DNA of 57,062 nucleotides from Sphaeroforma arctica JP610 (Eukaryota), in NCBI RefSeq assembly GCF_001186125.1, contig NW_014040463.1, positions 75,722 to 132,783 of the forward strand, in the 5' to 3' direction. Below the pieces are notes generated by a model. The model was not told where the DNA came from, did not search any database, and saw nothing but the letters and a program-made list of their open reading frames with translations. The position numbers and the translations under genes are program-made. This document shows, one piece after another, positions 13,090 to 27,720 of this stretch (position 1 is its first letter; the number at the start of each line of letters is the position of its first letter).

Positions 13090-15848
13090 GTATGTACTTA
13101 TAACTTATAAATATAGTATAAATTTACTGGCCAACTCAACTTCTTTGCGTTACGAATAAATACACTCGTGCGGTTAGGCAACAACTGTGTGGAACTGTAC
13201 CTTCTCGCTCGTGTTTGTGCTTTTGATGCTCTGTTCGTATATCGATATATGTGCATTTGTCTTGCAGAGCATACTATTCTGAAGCATGGTTGAGATATTG
13301 TTGATTGTACCTGAAGTAGGCAATTGAAATATTATCTTCGTGATTTTCTAGAATTTAAACATTCTGGCCGAGTTTTTAATAGTATACTAGTTATGTTCCA
13401 TTCTTCGACTCTATTTCGAGGGCGCAATGTGCTGATCAAGTGCCCCTTAGAACTTGTAATGTTGGTTTGTATTTGGTGCACACAAGTCAATTATATATAA
13501 AGCAACTGTATCTGAATTATAGTGTTACATAATCGAGTTAAAATCTGCCCTGTGTTACATATTGGTTTGTAATTCTGGTATACACTGCTGCTGGTTTGAT
13601 ATATTATACATGTTTAATAGTATACGGATATGTGTTGCCGACGCTCTTAAATTGTAAATGATGCGGCGATACGTGCATATCATGGTGGGGTGGGAACTAT
13701 ATAGAGGGCGCGCGTGTTGCCACCCCGACTATACTTCAAATGATGTGGTGGGGACCAAAGAGGCGTCCAATTAGGTGTAATATTGCTACGTTCTGTAAGG
13801 ATGTGGTAAAAAATGATTGATTTTGTTCTGCTGCGCAAACGAAACCGCCAAATCGGGCTACATATGGAGGATGTCGATATCTATTGTGTGGGCTGTCACT
13901 CGTCCAACGTAGTAGATATCATAAACCACGTGCGATTTCGCTGACGGTTAGTACGTACTGCTCCTAGTCGAGTAAGCTACGGACGTTGTAATACCATCAG
14001 AGGTACATTAAGAACTGCTTACGATATGTATTGGTAAGGTTCGGCGAGATTGGATCGTCGTGCCGGCCATGACTCCAGTATGGATAGCTTCGGAAGCGGG
14101 AGATTAAGAGTTGTACTTAGCGAGAGGACCGCAGGATGCTTTCTATTTGCGTTCGTCTGACCATGCCTCTGTTGATATACTTTTGACCGGCGCCTTTGAA
14201 CTCAGATCGCATTTGCTGGCTGGCATTGATTGGGGCTATACTACTATCGATACATATTTACTCGAGGGTTGATTTAGGTTTCGCTGTAGGCTAATATAAA
14301 GGTTTGTCTCGGTACCAATATAGTGGGTACACAATCGAAGGCGAGGGCATAGAATATGTAAGTCTGTTGGTATACTAGTATGCTGCTGAAAAAATGGAAA
14401 CTTACATTGCTGTTAACCGTACATCTGTATAAAGGAAACCATGCGAACTTGCAAGTGCTGCGAAATAGTACATAAAAATGTACTCGAACGGGTCTAAAAA
14501 TCATCAGGTAGCACGCGACTATGTCAGTATACGAGATATACTGAAATGAGGTAAGGGCAGTACAATCTATGAACTAAACCTTTGATCGTACTACAATGAC
14601 TTCCGCCTTTCTTGTGTCGTAAATATATTTAAAAGGTCACCCTCGTCTATACTCCCGGCTCTATACATGCTATACTGTATGCGCTGTGCACCATATAGAA
14701 AAGTACATATGTACGATTAAGATAAGCACCGCTCAGAACTTGCAGGTCGTTGTCAGAAGTACTTGATAGTGTGGCCCTGATACAGACCTAAAGAGACAAA
14801 TACAGTTTTTCACAGCAGAGTTTCAAATGAGAACTGTACAAGTTAATTTACCAATTTGATTGATTGCATGATGAATATAGCCAAGGACCTGGGATTTCAA
14901 TATATTTTAACTTGAAAAATAAAATGCATGTTATAAATATATCATACTTCGCGCCTGCGTTGTGAGAAAAGAGTGAGAAAACATTCCCAAATCCCAATAT
15001 CTACAACGATAAATAAATAACGGTGGTCAACTCCAGTCGCTCCAGTGACCCAGTCTGATCACAGATGGACCTCTGAAAAATATTCTTGTCATTCCATCTG
15101 CTATTAAAAACAAATAGTCCGAATAATAAATAAATACATTGCATTTTGTATTTACTGTACACAACGAGTCAGACGACGTACACTCCTACACGGTACAAGT
15201 CTAAGTACTGATAGCTATATTTTAAAATAAATTTTTTTCCAATTTGAGTGGAGCTGTTCGTATTTCAGTTTTAAATTTATTTATATTGTTATTTTATTTG
15301 TACATGGTCAGTCATACACACGGGTATAGCGGTCCTATAATTGCATCATTTAAAAATATTTTACTAAACTTGCAACCCCCAAGTTGTCAACCAGGTTCAT
15401 AGCAACGTCCAATCAACAGCGTCCCCTCTCAACCGTTGTTGTGGGTGAAAGATTGGCTTTTGTACAGCTGGACGCCTGGTCCCTCTCTAGCACCCGGGAC
15501 CCCCCCCACTTTTTTTTTGGAAACCTCATGAAATTTGCGAAGAATTGCCATATAACCTACACACCTTTACTCACGATGTACTTCTGCTTGGCGTTTGCGC
15601 CTCAGTTTATAGTGCGATAATCACCCTGGCGTTCACTGTGTGTTCTATTGAACGTACAAGTACATATCAGCAAAGGTGCGTTGGGACGCAGAAGAGGCAC
15701 ACTCTGAAAAGAAAAGAAAAAGCAACTGCTTTGGATCAGCCTATGCCGACTCAATTGTAAACCGAGAGCATGTACATGTACGAGTAGCTAGGTAGTTGTC
15801 TTCAAATATATTCCATATGAATATCTATGCCTACCCCTATACTCCACT

Positions 15849-17333
15849 ATGCGAATTCAGCTTCAATTCTCATCCAATTTGTCAGCGTCTCACAACGATC
15901 TCAAAGGGGACAGTTCCGATTCGAATGGATACACGAGCAAATCACCATCACCGCCAGCGTTTAAGAACATCCTGTCGCCGAGGTCGAATAGCCATCATGA
16001 ACCCAATCCATCGCACTCGCCCATATTCCACAGACACCATCCACGCGAGAACGACAATGCATCAGCACGATGTGATGCCACACAAAGAACGCACATGGCC
16101 ACGGATACAACAACGGACAAAACTAAGGCCAAAACAAGTTTACAACAACCACAAGCCTTCAGTAAAACGAAACGCCGTAGAAGTAAAAGCAGTTGCATTC
16201 TTTTGAATAACTCGGGGCGGACGATTAGTACTAGTCAGTTGCCAACAGCATCGTCTGCACGGGCCCCACGGTTCAATCGGATGGCCCCTTCATTGCAATT
16301 TGAGCATAAGAACCGAACCTCTCTTGACGCACAGTCGGCCGTACCAGCGATCGAGAAAGATGCTGCCAACTCTCCTAAAGAGACGGTTGCGAATGCGACG
16401 AGAAGCGAAGGGAATAGTGGAAACGAACCCAATTACAAAGTGTTGCGGGCAATACAGAATGGGATCACATCCACGGTGTTTCAGGCGATTGAGATGAGCA
16501 CAGGGCGAATGGTGGCCATCAAGCGATTGGCCAAATCGCCACACAACCTCAGGCTGGTGCAGACAGAAGCTAGGATTGCACATGCGTTGCAGGATCATAA
16601 GAACATAGTTAAACTCTACGAAGTCGTGGAGACACCCTCACACTACCTCTTAATACAGGAGTACCTGCCCAGCGGGGATCTGTTTGAGTACATCGTCGAT
16701 GTGGATGGGAAAGATTTGTCAGAGAAGGCGTGCCTGCGTATATTCAAGCAAGTTGTCAGTGCACTCTCCTACATGCACACGAAGGGCTGGTGTCACAGGG
16801 ATGTCAAGTTGGAGAACGTTGTCTTAGGGGATGACGGGATCGCCAAGTTATGTGACTTCGGCTTCAGCTGTGCAGTGCATGACACATCGGCAACCACCCC
16901 AGGGACTGTGGAGTACACATGTCCCGAACTTCTTTCTGGACTGTCTAATGTGGATCTCCGTAAGGCTGATGTGTGGAGTGCAGGCATCCTGCTGTTTGCC
17001 TTACTGACCTGTGAAATGGAGTACGAGTTCCCCTGGCCCAGGGCTGCCAACACCTGTGCCGAGTTTCTAAAGTACCGGACTGGCGATGTAGACTCATTGC
17101 CCTGGAACACATTCTCGCCGCTGGTGCGGGTGCTGCTGAGTTACTTGCTGGAGATAGACCCACATAAGAGGTATAGTATGGACGAATGTCTCGCATTCGT
17201 ATGTGAGTACTGGCCTGATCTCGAGGAGGATGTAGACGCAATGGACGAAGGCCAAGAACACGAGCGGGATGGTCAAGTGCTTTCATTGCAGACACTAAAA
17301 CACAATATGCTTAGCGACAAAACACGAGTATGA
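15849..17333 (+). CDS. Intronless Ser/Thr protein kinase (CAMK-like catalytic domain) with a ~190-aa low-complexity N-terminus
   Basis: 494-aa ORF with VAIK, HKNIVKLYEV, HRDVKLEN, DFG, GTVEYTCPE, DVWSAG and P.KR motifs. Confidence 0.95.
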   Translation: MRIQLQFSSNLSASHNDLKGDSSDSNGYTSKSPSPPAFKNILSPRSNSHHEPNPSHSPIFHRHHPRENDNASARCDATQRTHMATDTTTDKTKAKTSLQQPQAFSKTKRRRSKSSCILLNNSGRTISTSQLPTASSARAPRFNRMAPSLQFEHKNRTSLDAQSAVPAIEKDAANSPKETVANATRSEGNSGNEPNYKVLRAIQNGITSTVFQAIEMSTGRMVAIKRLAKSPHNLRLVQTEARIAHALQDHKNIVKLYEVVETPSHYLLIQEYLPSGDLFEYIVDVDGKDLSEKACLRIFKQVVSALSYMHTKGWCHRDVKLENVVLGDDGIAKLCDFGFSCAVHDTSATTPGTVEYTCPELLSGLSNVDLRKADVWSAGILLFALLTCEMEYEFPWPRAANTCAEFLKYRTGDVDSLPWNTFSPLVRVLLSYLLEIDPHKRYSMDECLAFVCEYWPDLEEDVDAMDEGQEHERDGQVLSLQTLKHNMLSDKTRV

Positions 17334-18516
17334 TTGATTGATATCGGGTAAACTCCGTCGACCTAAAAGTCAGCGGGGGGCTCTGGAATATTGCTCTGCA
17401 CATCAAGGAATATGCAGTAGAAGGCCAGAGCGGTCTTAAGTTTGCTTTATTTGGAGTTCATAGAAGTATGCGTCGTCATATATACGACAAAAAAATATAC
17501 TTGTATAACTTTACCTTAACTGCTAAGTGCATTCCGACAGGAATATCCAATATCTGCTACACTATTAGTGCGTGCCGCTAGGCAATGTTGCTGAGGGATG
17601 CTGGGAAAACAACGTACAATATAAATAAACACAAAACAATGCTTTGCTACACATATCAGGATGGGCGTCGATTGTGTTTTAAAAATCCGTACGGCCACTG
17701 CTTTGTTACAGTCCCCGTTCGCACGCACGGGAACACGTGCACGCATTTCGCAACGAACTCTCAGCATTATAAAGAGCGAAATGAAAAGCAGTCTGCTAGA
17801 GGTTCAATCATCAACACTCAATAGCGTATACATTCTCAACATACTGATGTGCTGTGTACACAGAGACTGCCGTTTGGACGCAGACTTGATATAGGGCATT
17901 ACGTCCTGGGCCAGAGACCCACACTCGGAACAAGTATAACCTTCAGGCAGAACTGCATATTTTTAACAACTTTGCCGCTCGTACTGGCACGTGGACTGCA
18001 GTGTACTGCTGAGGCGTACTTGTATTTACTTTCTTTTATTATTCCATCATTGTTTGAGTAGTGACGGCCAGCTCCCCTCCTGCCAGTGCATTAGATCAAT
18101 GTGAGATTCGAGCGTCGATTAGTATCTTGTGACGTTAGCAATTATAATGATACATTGTCGTGCACAATATAAGTATACTTCATGGATATTTGGAAAATGG
18201 TGCGAAGACACTCAAAGGCGATGTCACAAGGCAGAGGATACAATATCTCCAGCTAGGCCTCCTTCAAAGCTCACATCGGATAGACAAACCACTAGCATGT
18301 CAGTAGTCAAGTGGAATACAAACAAGGCCGAACTGCGCAACAAGTTGCGGCAGGGTATTTGTGAACCCAAGTGCGAGTGGTGGTACTGCAAATACCAAAC
18401 TGAGCAAAAGGTCACACCAGTGCTACATATACACACCATATTACAATTTTCAATAGTCAAAGATATATAATTACCTAAACGACTGCAGGAGTATAAGTAT
18501 GCAGAGTCAAGTTTAC

Positions 18517-18903
18517 CTTCTCTTTTGTGATAGTTAAAACAATCTGTCTGCCCTCCCCAGCGCCCTCGATTTCCCAGAAGCTTTCCTCTGGATCGGACGT
18601 ACTGTGCAACGAGCCCTCGATAATTTCCTCTCCACCGACACACAGCCGCAGAGTTTTAGCCTTTATCGTGCACTGTACACCCTTTGACTTCACAGTGCTG
18701 GCTGTAGGTATGTACACTATCAGTGTAGCTGGGGTCTGTGTCCACGTGTATTTTTCGGTCGTGCCCCCAGACAGCTCTGTATGATCGTCCTTGGGAGTGT
18801 TCTTCTTCTTTGTATCGATCTCTTTTTTTTTCCTGTCTACATCGGCCAACATTTGCTTGTCGCCTTTGAGAGAATCATCCATCATCAGCTTTTTGTATAA
18901 CTC
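18517..18903 (-). CDS. CS (NudC/p23-like) domain exon; downstream exons not resolved
   Basis: GGTTEKYTWTQT...IIEGSLHSTSDPEESFWEIE...IVLTITKEK followed by a GTAAAC donor; matches the NudC CS-domain pattern. Confidence 0.8.
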
Positions 18904-20430
18904 CTTCACATGTGGATAAGTAAAATTATTTGACCGTGAGTTTGTGGCTGTATAACATTCGCTCGATCTCTGAAGAAACCTGCTGCACGATTAATTCTAA
19001 GCTTCCAACGCACCTTCGTTGAAAAGAACAGAAATTGTGTGAACTTTGATAAGCGAACAACTCAAGAGTTAATTCGCTGTGTTCTTAGCTCCCTATCTGA
19101 TTCGGTATATAGCCAAATATGATCAAACTTGTTTCGAATCACTTCCCCAAAGTAAGAGATCGCCTAATGCAAAATTTCACACAACTGTACGCGCCGCGCT
19201 TGGCGTACATACACAGACGTGATTGAACGACGCCTAAAATTTAGGTATTGTCTCATTCTGAACCAGAGATTCATGATTGCAAATGATGTAGAAGGAATGT
19301 ATGTACAGGTTTCTATCTTGGTTGACACACTTTATCATTCGTTTACGCAAGTATATGAATCTGACCGAGTGTTATCTGAAAACCAACATCACCATACTGC
19401 CACGTCGACTGAAACTCTGCTGCAGCTCGAGAATATCGCTGACTCACACTCATGACGATATGCACTTATGCGTCAATTACTTCTACACAAAAAGACGCAG
19501 TAAGGTAATTATATGCACAGCATTCCAAGCACTATACCCTAGTAGACGAATCGCCTACTCAAGACGATAAGAGCACAAAAGGAGACGCTCCGGTATTAGT
19601 ATCAATCCCGGTCGCATAAAGATCGGGACCGAGAACGAGGGTGGTGGTGGGGAGATATGACTCAGATGTATCAAAAAGGTAGACGCCTTATTTGATTTTG
19701 ATGCACTCGATCTCCACTCATTACTCAAGAACTTGTATCAAGGGCGCATTATTGCTATATTGCCTCGTGAAGTACCAATTCATTCATCGCTTGCCAAAAG
19801 GCAGGCATAGGCAGTAGAGCAGGTATAGTGAAATCCATCGACTTACTTGTCCCCTTTAACTCATGTTCAGCTACTGCTCGTTTTGGCTTTTTTGCCGACC
19901 GATGACAGGAACATGACAAAGTAACATAACTCGGTGCTTAATAAGGCTTCACGTGTTAACGTGTGCGATGAACAGCAGCTGGTGTGCTCTCGTATAGTAC
20001 ACCTTGAATAACCTACCATCCATAGCACCATAGTTAAGGACGAACATCTGCTTGCTACATAATTCGATGACTATGGAATAGAGGATTACCTTTCTATTTA
20101 GTCATCGATATCTCGGTCACCAACAAAGCAATAGCCACCTAATAAGCAAAATAATTTCCTGTCCCAACCCTATATGTAATGTTCTTCTAATAAAGTTCTT
20201 ATGTATAATGCTTACAGATATATAGTGTTGTATTTCAAAGAGCCCCATGCTGTAGCTCGAGCTCATTCTGGCTCTGAATTTGTTTTCTACTTCAGCTATT
20301 CCTAAGTCGCCACAGACGCCAAACAGCACATCTCGGATATGAGTCGCTCGGATATGAGTCGAACACATACACCCAACACGTACAATATTATGACCATTGT
20401 GAATATCTGGACGAAATACCATACACATAC

Positions 20431-20646
20431 CTTCATATACTCCATTTTCTCGGTTGGTCCTATGCTCTTATCATTCTCGACCCTTTCAAACTCATTGCTT
20501 ATATCCGCCAATACTTTACTTGAGAAATCACCACTGTGTTCTACCAAAGGCTCGGTCATCGGTACACCCTCGCTCTGTAGCTTCTCCGCCAAGTCTGCAT
20601 TTGATTTGTCCTGTGAAGTACTCTGCGAAACTTTTTCCTTGGCCAT
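20431..20646 (-). CDS. Probable first coding exon, possibly of the CS-domain gene
   Basis: MAKEKVSQ...TEKMEYMK then a GTATGT donor (phase 0), compatible with joining to ELYKKL at 18903; the linkage is inferred. Confidence 0.5.
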
Positions 20647-21159
20647 GATGTACAACAGTTCCTTACAAATAGTCTAAACTGGCTAATATATCTCGTAAAA
20701 GTGATCTACGTAACAGTAGCAACACCATGTTTGATATATTAGTACAGATGAATATGAATATCTAATGATTAGGATGATCGGATCCATTTGTTTATTTTAA
20801 GGTCTGTCACGTTTGATAATCCATTACGGTTGTAATATCATATGACGATATAAACCCTTTATTCTGAATCTGGATTCTGGGGAGACTTTCAAGTCTCTCA
20901 TCCCGGTGCACATCAGCCCAAGGCCCCCCGCCCCAGTGTATAATATGATATCATATTTATCTATCCGCATTTCGTAAATGGCACTAATGAATGACTCATC
21001 CTAAATATATATTGATTGTATTTGTACCAGAACACAAATACAAATACACATAAATAAGCCGCTCTGCTATGACCCCACTCTCAGTCGTAGAAAAGATTTA
21101 GCACCCATACAATATATCACAAAAGCAGTACTCATACCATACAATATACAGAAGACACG

Positions 21160-21786
21160 ATGGGCATGTTTGGTAATAACAGTAAGAAGCAACTGGAAGA
21201 TGCTTACTTCCAGATGAAGCTAGCCAGCAAACAATTAGCGAGGCAGTCGGTAAAGGCAGAGAAAGAAGCCAAACAGGCGGAGAATAAGGTGAAACTCAAC
21301 ATGCAGAAGGGCAATCCTGAAAACGCACGGATTTTTGCTGAGAATGCGATTCGTAAAAAGCAGGAATCTGTTAACTTTTTGAGGATGTCATCACGCTTGG
21401 ATGCGACTTCGTCGCGTATACAAACAGCTATCACCATGCAGACTGTCACAAAGTCCATGGGCATGGCCACAAAGGGCATGGACAAGGCATTACAATCTAT
21501 GGATTTGGTTAAAATAACATCGATAATGGAGAAGTTTGAGTCGCAATTCGAAGACCTCGATGTGCAAACGGGTGTTATGGACAATGCCATGTCGGGTGCG
21601 GTGACATCATCTGTACCTGAAGACCAAGTTGAAGCGCTTATATCACAAGTAGCCGATGAGCATGGTTTACAAATGCAAGAAGAACTCAACGCTGTTCCTG
21701 CGGGGAAAACTGCGTTACCTACCATCAGCAACGAGGAGGAGGCTGGGCTATCAGACAGGCTCAAGGCACTAAGGGAGATGGAGTGA
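21160..21786 (+). CDS. CHMP1: ESCRT-III subunit CHMP1/Did2 (Snf7 family), intronless CDS
   Basis: ENARIFAENAIRKK...FLRMSSRLDA...MEKFESQFEDLDV...VADEHGL...LSDRLKALR (MIM1-like C-terminus). Confidence 0.95.
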   Translation: MGMFGNNSKKQLEDAYFQMKLASKQLARQSVKAEKEAKQAENKVKLNMQKGNPENARIFAENAIRKKQESVNFLRMSSRLDATSSRIQTAITMQTVTKSMGMATKGMDKALQSMDLVKITSIMEKFESQFEDLDVQTGVMDNAMSGAVTSSVPEDQVEALISQVADEHGLQMQEELNAVPAGKTALPTISNEEEAGLSDRLKALREME

Positions 21787-22249
21787 GGGCTGAGCTAGGA
21801 TGTATAATATATATCTGTATGTTTTAAATATATTATATATATATATATATATATATAAATGTAGTTGTGTACTGAAGTGTATGTGTGTAATCGCGTACAT
21901 GCACACAAACACGAGTAGTCTGGGACTAGAGATGAAACGAGGAATCCAGCATTGATATGAATGATTATGGGTGACCTGACTGTACGTCGCGGTGTGAGGG
22001 ATGGCAAGCTCTATGGATCTGAAACTATGTATGCTGGAAGTAAAAAATGCAATCGCATTAAGTTTGGGTGAGATTCTGGGTTTCAGACTCGTGTGTTTGG
22101 AGGGCCGATGACTATACTACGTTATGGCATTACAGTAGCGTTACTGTCTATTCTCAATCTGCATTCTCATGGATAATGAATGGCCGACCAGATTCGTCGC
22201 GGCCGTGTGCTTTGAAAGCGCATTTGCATGTTTATAAGTTGAATTATAC

Positions 22250-22915
22250 TATATAATATATATATATATATAGTGTGTGTGAGAGAGTGAGTGCGCACTG
22301 CATCACATAGACACATTCATATGCGCATCTTTTTATTGTTTGTGTGTGTTTATATATATATATATGTATGTATATATATATATGTGTGTGTGCGTGTGTA
22401 TGTATTTGTTTGTGTGTATGTGTATGTATGTATCGTTTTTGGATATATATGTGTGTGTGTGTGTGCGTGTGTGTGTGTGTCTATGTAAGTATGTATATAT
22501 ATATATATATTTCATCATATATATACATATATATATATGTATGTATGTGTGTACGTATGTATGTATGTATGTTCATTTATATATATATATAGTTATACAT
22601 ATATATGTATATGTATATATATATATGTATATATATATATATGTACATGTATGTATGTGTGAGTATAGCTTTATATACATGAATGTGTATACGTATGTAT
22701 ATATGTATATATATATATGTGTGTGTGTATGCATATATATATATGAGTGTGTGTGTGTGTATGTGTACATATATATTCGTATGATAAATATATTTATATA
22801 AATATAGATAAATATCTATATCTATATATATATATGTGTGTGTGCGTGTGTAGGTTTGTATGTATGTATGTATGTATTGTTTATGTACGTATATTTATGT
22901 AAATTTGCATACATA
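22250..22915. repeat. Compound (AT)n/(GT)n microsatellite field
   Basis: Directly visible. Confidence 0.95.
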
Positions 22916-24233
22916 TAAATCAACATGTGGTTTAAATATATTTGTCTTTTAGACGGGAATCACGGGATAAAGGTTTTGTCAGTTTAAATCTTTGACTTCT
23001 GTTACGCAATGCGAACCTGTCTATGTCAAATATCAATTGTGCTTTTACAAACCTTTTTTTTTTTTAATTACATACCATTTCGCATTGGTTGCTAGCAGGC
23101 ATATCCTTTTCCCTGTCCTCTGTAAGAAGTGATTCATTACTTGGCAGTTATCGCATGTTAATTGTGCACGTTTCAGCGTATCTCGAGGTTACGATTCCAG
23201 CATAGCCTACGGACAATGAATTTGACCACACATAAGATCAAAAGATCGAGTGTGGGCGAGTTTGTGAGACAAGAGCTATCAATTACTGTGTTTGTTTCCC
23301 ATGCATGATTTAGGATGCTATAGACAGCACTTTATTACGATCGTTGATTCCAGCGTAACCTGCCAAGACTATACGCTGTAGAAACTCGCGAAATTTTACG
23401 TCGAAGCGAAACAGACTGCGTCACTGCGATGTGTAACGTATAGGTAAAATGAGCATACAAATTCCTTAACCAAAGTTTTGACCAGAGTTTTCGAGGCAGA
23501 CCTATCAAGATACACTCGGTCCTCCCGTATAGCCCATGAATTGCGATATATGGTCACCCAATGGAAATTGTCCAATCTGGCAGTCACAAGGACATAGAAC
23601 AACGCTAGCCACTAGTAGTCGCATACAGTCTTGATATATATGTCTGGTCAATCTTTTTTCTTATCGATCAAGCAAGGTGTTAAATAATATTCATCCAAGT
23701 CAGCAAGTATAATGGATTGTGAATTCCAGCTGCAAATTACTTTATTATTTCGATCTCAGTACCGTATGCTACAGGGCTATTCGATTTGAATACAGTTCCT
23801 TAAAGAGGTGTAAAACAATGCTTTCAACAGAAGCATAGTAAACATGTATGAAAATCGACAGCTGCTCGACCAACACAAAGAGCGATCGAACGATAAGGTC
23901 AATAATCCCTCAATCTACCGATTCAATAGCACATTAGATACCATGGTATGTTGGTATAAATGCGACTCTAGAAGAGAAACGGATACATGCACGCCCAACA
24001 AAGATAGCTCACCCAAAACAATAATAGTCGATACGGAATCAACTCTTACGACTCTGGCCAGCTTGTGCCATTCGAATCAGCAAAGCCTTGCCATTTTGCA
24101 TTCCTCGAGAATCCTTTTGGCAAAGTAAACACCATCACCTTATGTATATTCTAAATTGTGCACTCGCTTTTATTTCTATTTTCGAACTTTGAAAGTCTTC
24201 TATATACACTAAATTTCGATCCAGGCTGACTTG

Positions 24234-27200
24234 TTACTCCTTCTTGGACTTCTTTGATTTCTGTTAAAATGCGAGACAAGTACAAGATGAGCAATACATT
24301 CTCACAACGGTGATTCAAGTAAGCAAAGAAATTGAAAGGCAGCTATACACAACCAGATGCGCGTTATACCGTTATACCAGAAAATACACTAGAGTACAGC
24401 CATTTAAACAGACTATTTTCTGCAGACAATATTAAATTCAATTATATCAAAAATGCATTTCTACATTGAATATGTATACGGATCAGCAATGCAACTGGGT
24501 ACAAATGTCCCGATCACACAATTGGTACCTCCCCGCCCTCGCTATACCGTTTCAGTAGCACAATAGATGCCATAGAGATGTTGGCAAGATTGCGACTCTA
24601 AAAAGAAACGGATTGCTACACCGACCACGCGGAAGCAGCATAACTTTGGTGTACAGAACTATAAGTACCCTACTGGTGAAACACATAAAACCACACCATA
24701 ACAGCCGGTTATCAATCGATACACCACCCTTGGGGACGACCATCCCATAGCACTACAACAACTACAATGTACGTATTCACCTACGTGACCCTTAATATAC
24801 CAGCACCAGGTTAAACAGTGGACACATAGGCTTACCTTCTCTTTCTTAATCTTCTTCTCTTTCTTGACCTTCGTCTCCTCGACGGCGACTGGTTCGGATT
24901 CACTACTCTTCTTGGCCTTTTTGACCTTCTTCTCCTTTTTGACCTTCTTACTCGGTTTGCTTTCTTCTGAACTATCCTCCTCCGCTGCACGCTTCTTTGA
25001 CTGTTTAACTGTCGAGTCACCCTCTGTTGAGAATCCCTTGACCTCCTTGGCCTCTATTCTCTCTGCCGCTGCCTCTCCCTTGGCAAGGCCTGATACACGC
25101 ATTGGTCGGCCCTCCATCTGATTAAATCATTATATCAACATTGAAATTCGCGATTAAACTTGGTAAACTGAAAACCAACATATAAATCGAAGTGGGTTTG
25201 TACATGGATGCAGATGTCCTAGCTGATGGGTCATTGATGCTGTGTTAGCCCCAGCATACCCTACTGTTCAACTGCAAATTGTCCATTCTCTGTGAAACTA
25301 TCAACACACCCAATACGTAAAACATTCAAAACTACATACCTGTCCTAACCGAGCCTCCACTTTAGACCTGGCCTCCAAACCAATGGTGACATTATCTTTA
25401 TCTCCTAGTGCATCTACACGCGCCGACAATGAGGTCTTTGCAGCCAGAACTCGTGAGATTTTACCCTTGTTCTTGGGTGCGCATTGACCTACTAATGATG
25501 CGTGGTAGATAAGACCGTACTTGGGTGTATCACTCTTAGTTTTAAGGGCTCTGAATAGGGCCTTTTCAGCGCCCAGGATTTGTACTGTGGAGGCGGGGTA
25601 CTTGGCCAGGTTGAGCAGTGAACCGGCATGCGAGATCAAACGGGCACCAACCAGCTCACCAACCATACACGTCAAATTGGGTGCAATGGCGTTCATTCGC
25701 GCCTTAAGGTAGTCGAATAGCTGTGTTCGGTATTCTCCGATGCTTATAACTTGGTCACATAGGTAAATAATGTTGTCCATATCCTCGGTAGACACCTCAG
25801 TACCCATACTAATCTCAGCAGCCTGCTTAACCTCCTCGATCATTTCTTCGGGCAAAAACTCCTCCAGATCAGTGGCGGATGTGTTCTTTCGGTCTCTAAT
25901 CTTTCGGATGGTCTTGGCAAACGCGAGATTATCAGGAATAATTCGCGAGATTTCTGGGAAATGCCAACCATACCATTCACGTACTCGCATACTATACGTG
26001 TTCAGCTCCTTGTCTAGATCATCAAGCAAAGCTGTAAATTGTGAAGGTGGAAATTCGTTAGATCACTTTTACAATTGCATGACACGACCGAAGATGCACT
26101 AACTATGCTCAATTTTTTTTCAGGGTTGTCTACACTAAATATTTTCCCATATAACAGTATAGCCTTATTCATACTATTGGAACCACTATCGGATCGCCAT
26201 GTGCTAATATCAAAACAGACACAGATAAAAATATGAACTGATATCCGCGTTTCAGAGACTGCTTTTCAAATGTATAGTACGCCTAACCACCCTAAAAAAC
26301 ACATTATATATACAGGTAATGTGTGCTGCATACTTCTGACAAATTTGAATATTTGAATATTGAACATGCGTTACATATATAACTTACAGATAGCCTGGAC
26401 GATCATGGTGTCCACCTTATCGGGCGAAAACTTGAGTTTATAACGAGACAGAGAGTGAGCCAAACCAAGAGACATGGCCTTCATGGCCTCCTCAGAGGTA
26501 CCAGTGACAAGAGTGTCCATTTGTGTTCTGATACCACGCATGAGCTCGTTAATTACGGTCTCGGTGGCTGTGCGGCAAGGGATTTCGAGTTTGTCCTTGA
26601 TAATTCCAGCCAGTTTGGGGTCGAAAACACCGACCTCATCGGACAGTCCCTTCTTTGTGACCCACTTCTTAAGGAATCCCTTAAGATCCTTGTCCATCTT
26701 ACCCTCGACCAATGCTGTAGCGGCTGCAAGGGCTTGAGTGGTGTCCTCGAACTTCTCGAATGCGTGTAGTTTGACACTATAGTACAAATAACACGGAAAC
26801 ACGTGTGCGTATGTACACACACAGGGGCATAATATGGTTGACGTGTGTGAGTTTGTGTTTGTCATGGTTTTCAATCCTTCAAGATTGTATGTATTCATTC
26901 GCAATTCAAATGCTGAATACAATCACCGACGTTCGGTGACCATCTCATCATATAACACAACTCCAATGTACGTACAGAGAACCACCACAAAAGAGCGCTC
27001 CAAGCAGTAAGAATAACATATAAAAGGTGATATAAAAGATACCTATAAAGAATAATTATCAAAACTATCCAACATAGCTTGGATATCAGAATTCCTTCGA
27101 ACCACATTGCTAACGCCAAAGCACTATGATACAAGAACTTACGTCTTAGTGGCCTGTTCAGGGGTCTCGAACGACTTCCAAATATCATCGGGTTTCTTAA

Positions 27201-27264
27201 GAACACCCTCATCCAATACCTTGAACAAGGCGTAGCCCGCAGGCGTTTCGAATAGCACTAACAT
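24234..27264 (-). CDS. NOP58: Box C/D snoRNP protein NOP58
   Basis: Exons 27264-27143, 26776-26388, 26031-25340, 25117-24836, 24260-24234 splice in phase: [15 protein letters not shown]...[36 protein letters not shown]...[10 protein letters not shown]...[19 protein letters not shown]...TPKYGLIYH, with a KKE-rich tail. Confidence 0.95.
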
Positions 27265-27720
27265 ATCGTACGTGGGTGGGTGGTATGCACTAGCGTGTAT
27301 GTACGTGTATTCGTGAGTGTATTTCCTGCCTACTGCCATGCAACTTGATATTCCTAGCTCATAATATCCAAATTGTTTTGAGGTCGAGGGGCATGTGCAC
27401 TTTCCGAATTGATAATATGTGCTTTGTAATTGTCTACTACCACAACTCGGTCTTGTGCCTTTATAAAATCAGAACCAAATTTCTGGAAATAAAATAATAC
27501 ACGTGACATAAAAATGTCTTTCATTTCTGCCGTCAAAATTTCTGGGGGATTACGCCATGTCGGTACCGAACATTTTATTATCCTGTCCCACTCTTAGTCG
27601 AGTTATTTGGGCTTCGTGAACCAAATAGACCAATAGAGCACATTCCTGTGGCAACACCAATAAGAATTAAATACAAGAGAACCCGCCAAAAACCACACTT
27701 CCATTTGTATAATGTGTTGC

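Noticed and set aside
21204..21764. Long antisense ORFs over CHMP1, NOP58, the kinase, hAT and pol
   Set aside because: Shadow frames of genuine coding sequence on the opposite strand.
22291..22801. Many ORFs rich in YI/CV/TH repeats (also 3791-4746, 9998-10492, 28260-29163, 30432-30790)
   Set aside because: They are translations of (AT)n/(GT)n microsatellites, which lack stop codons.
25212..25310. H/ACA-like layout (ACAGTA box, hairpin, ACA) in NOP58 intron 3
   Set aside because: The 5' hairpin is weak and the ACA is not placed properly relative to the stem; it cannot be supported without a covariance search.
26860..26951. Box C (ATGATGA, minus strand) in NOP58 intron 1 as a C/D snoRNA
   Set aside because: No canonical CTGA box D at a suitable distance and no recognisable rRNA guide.
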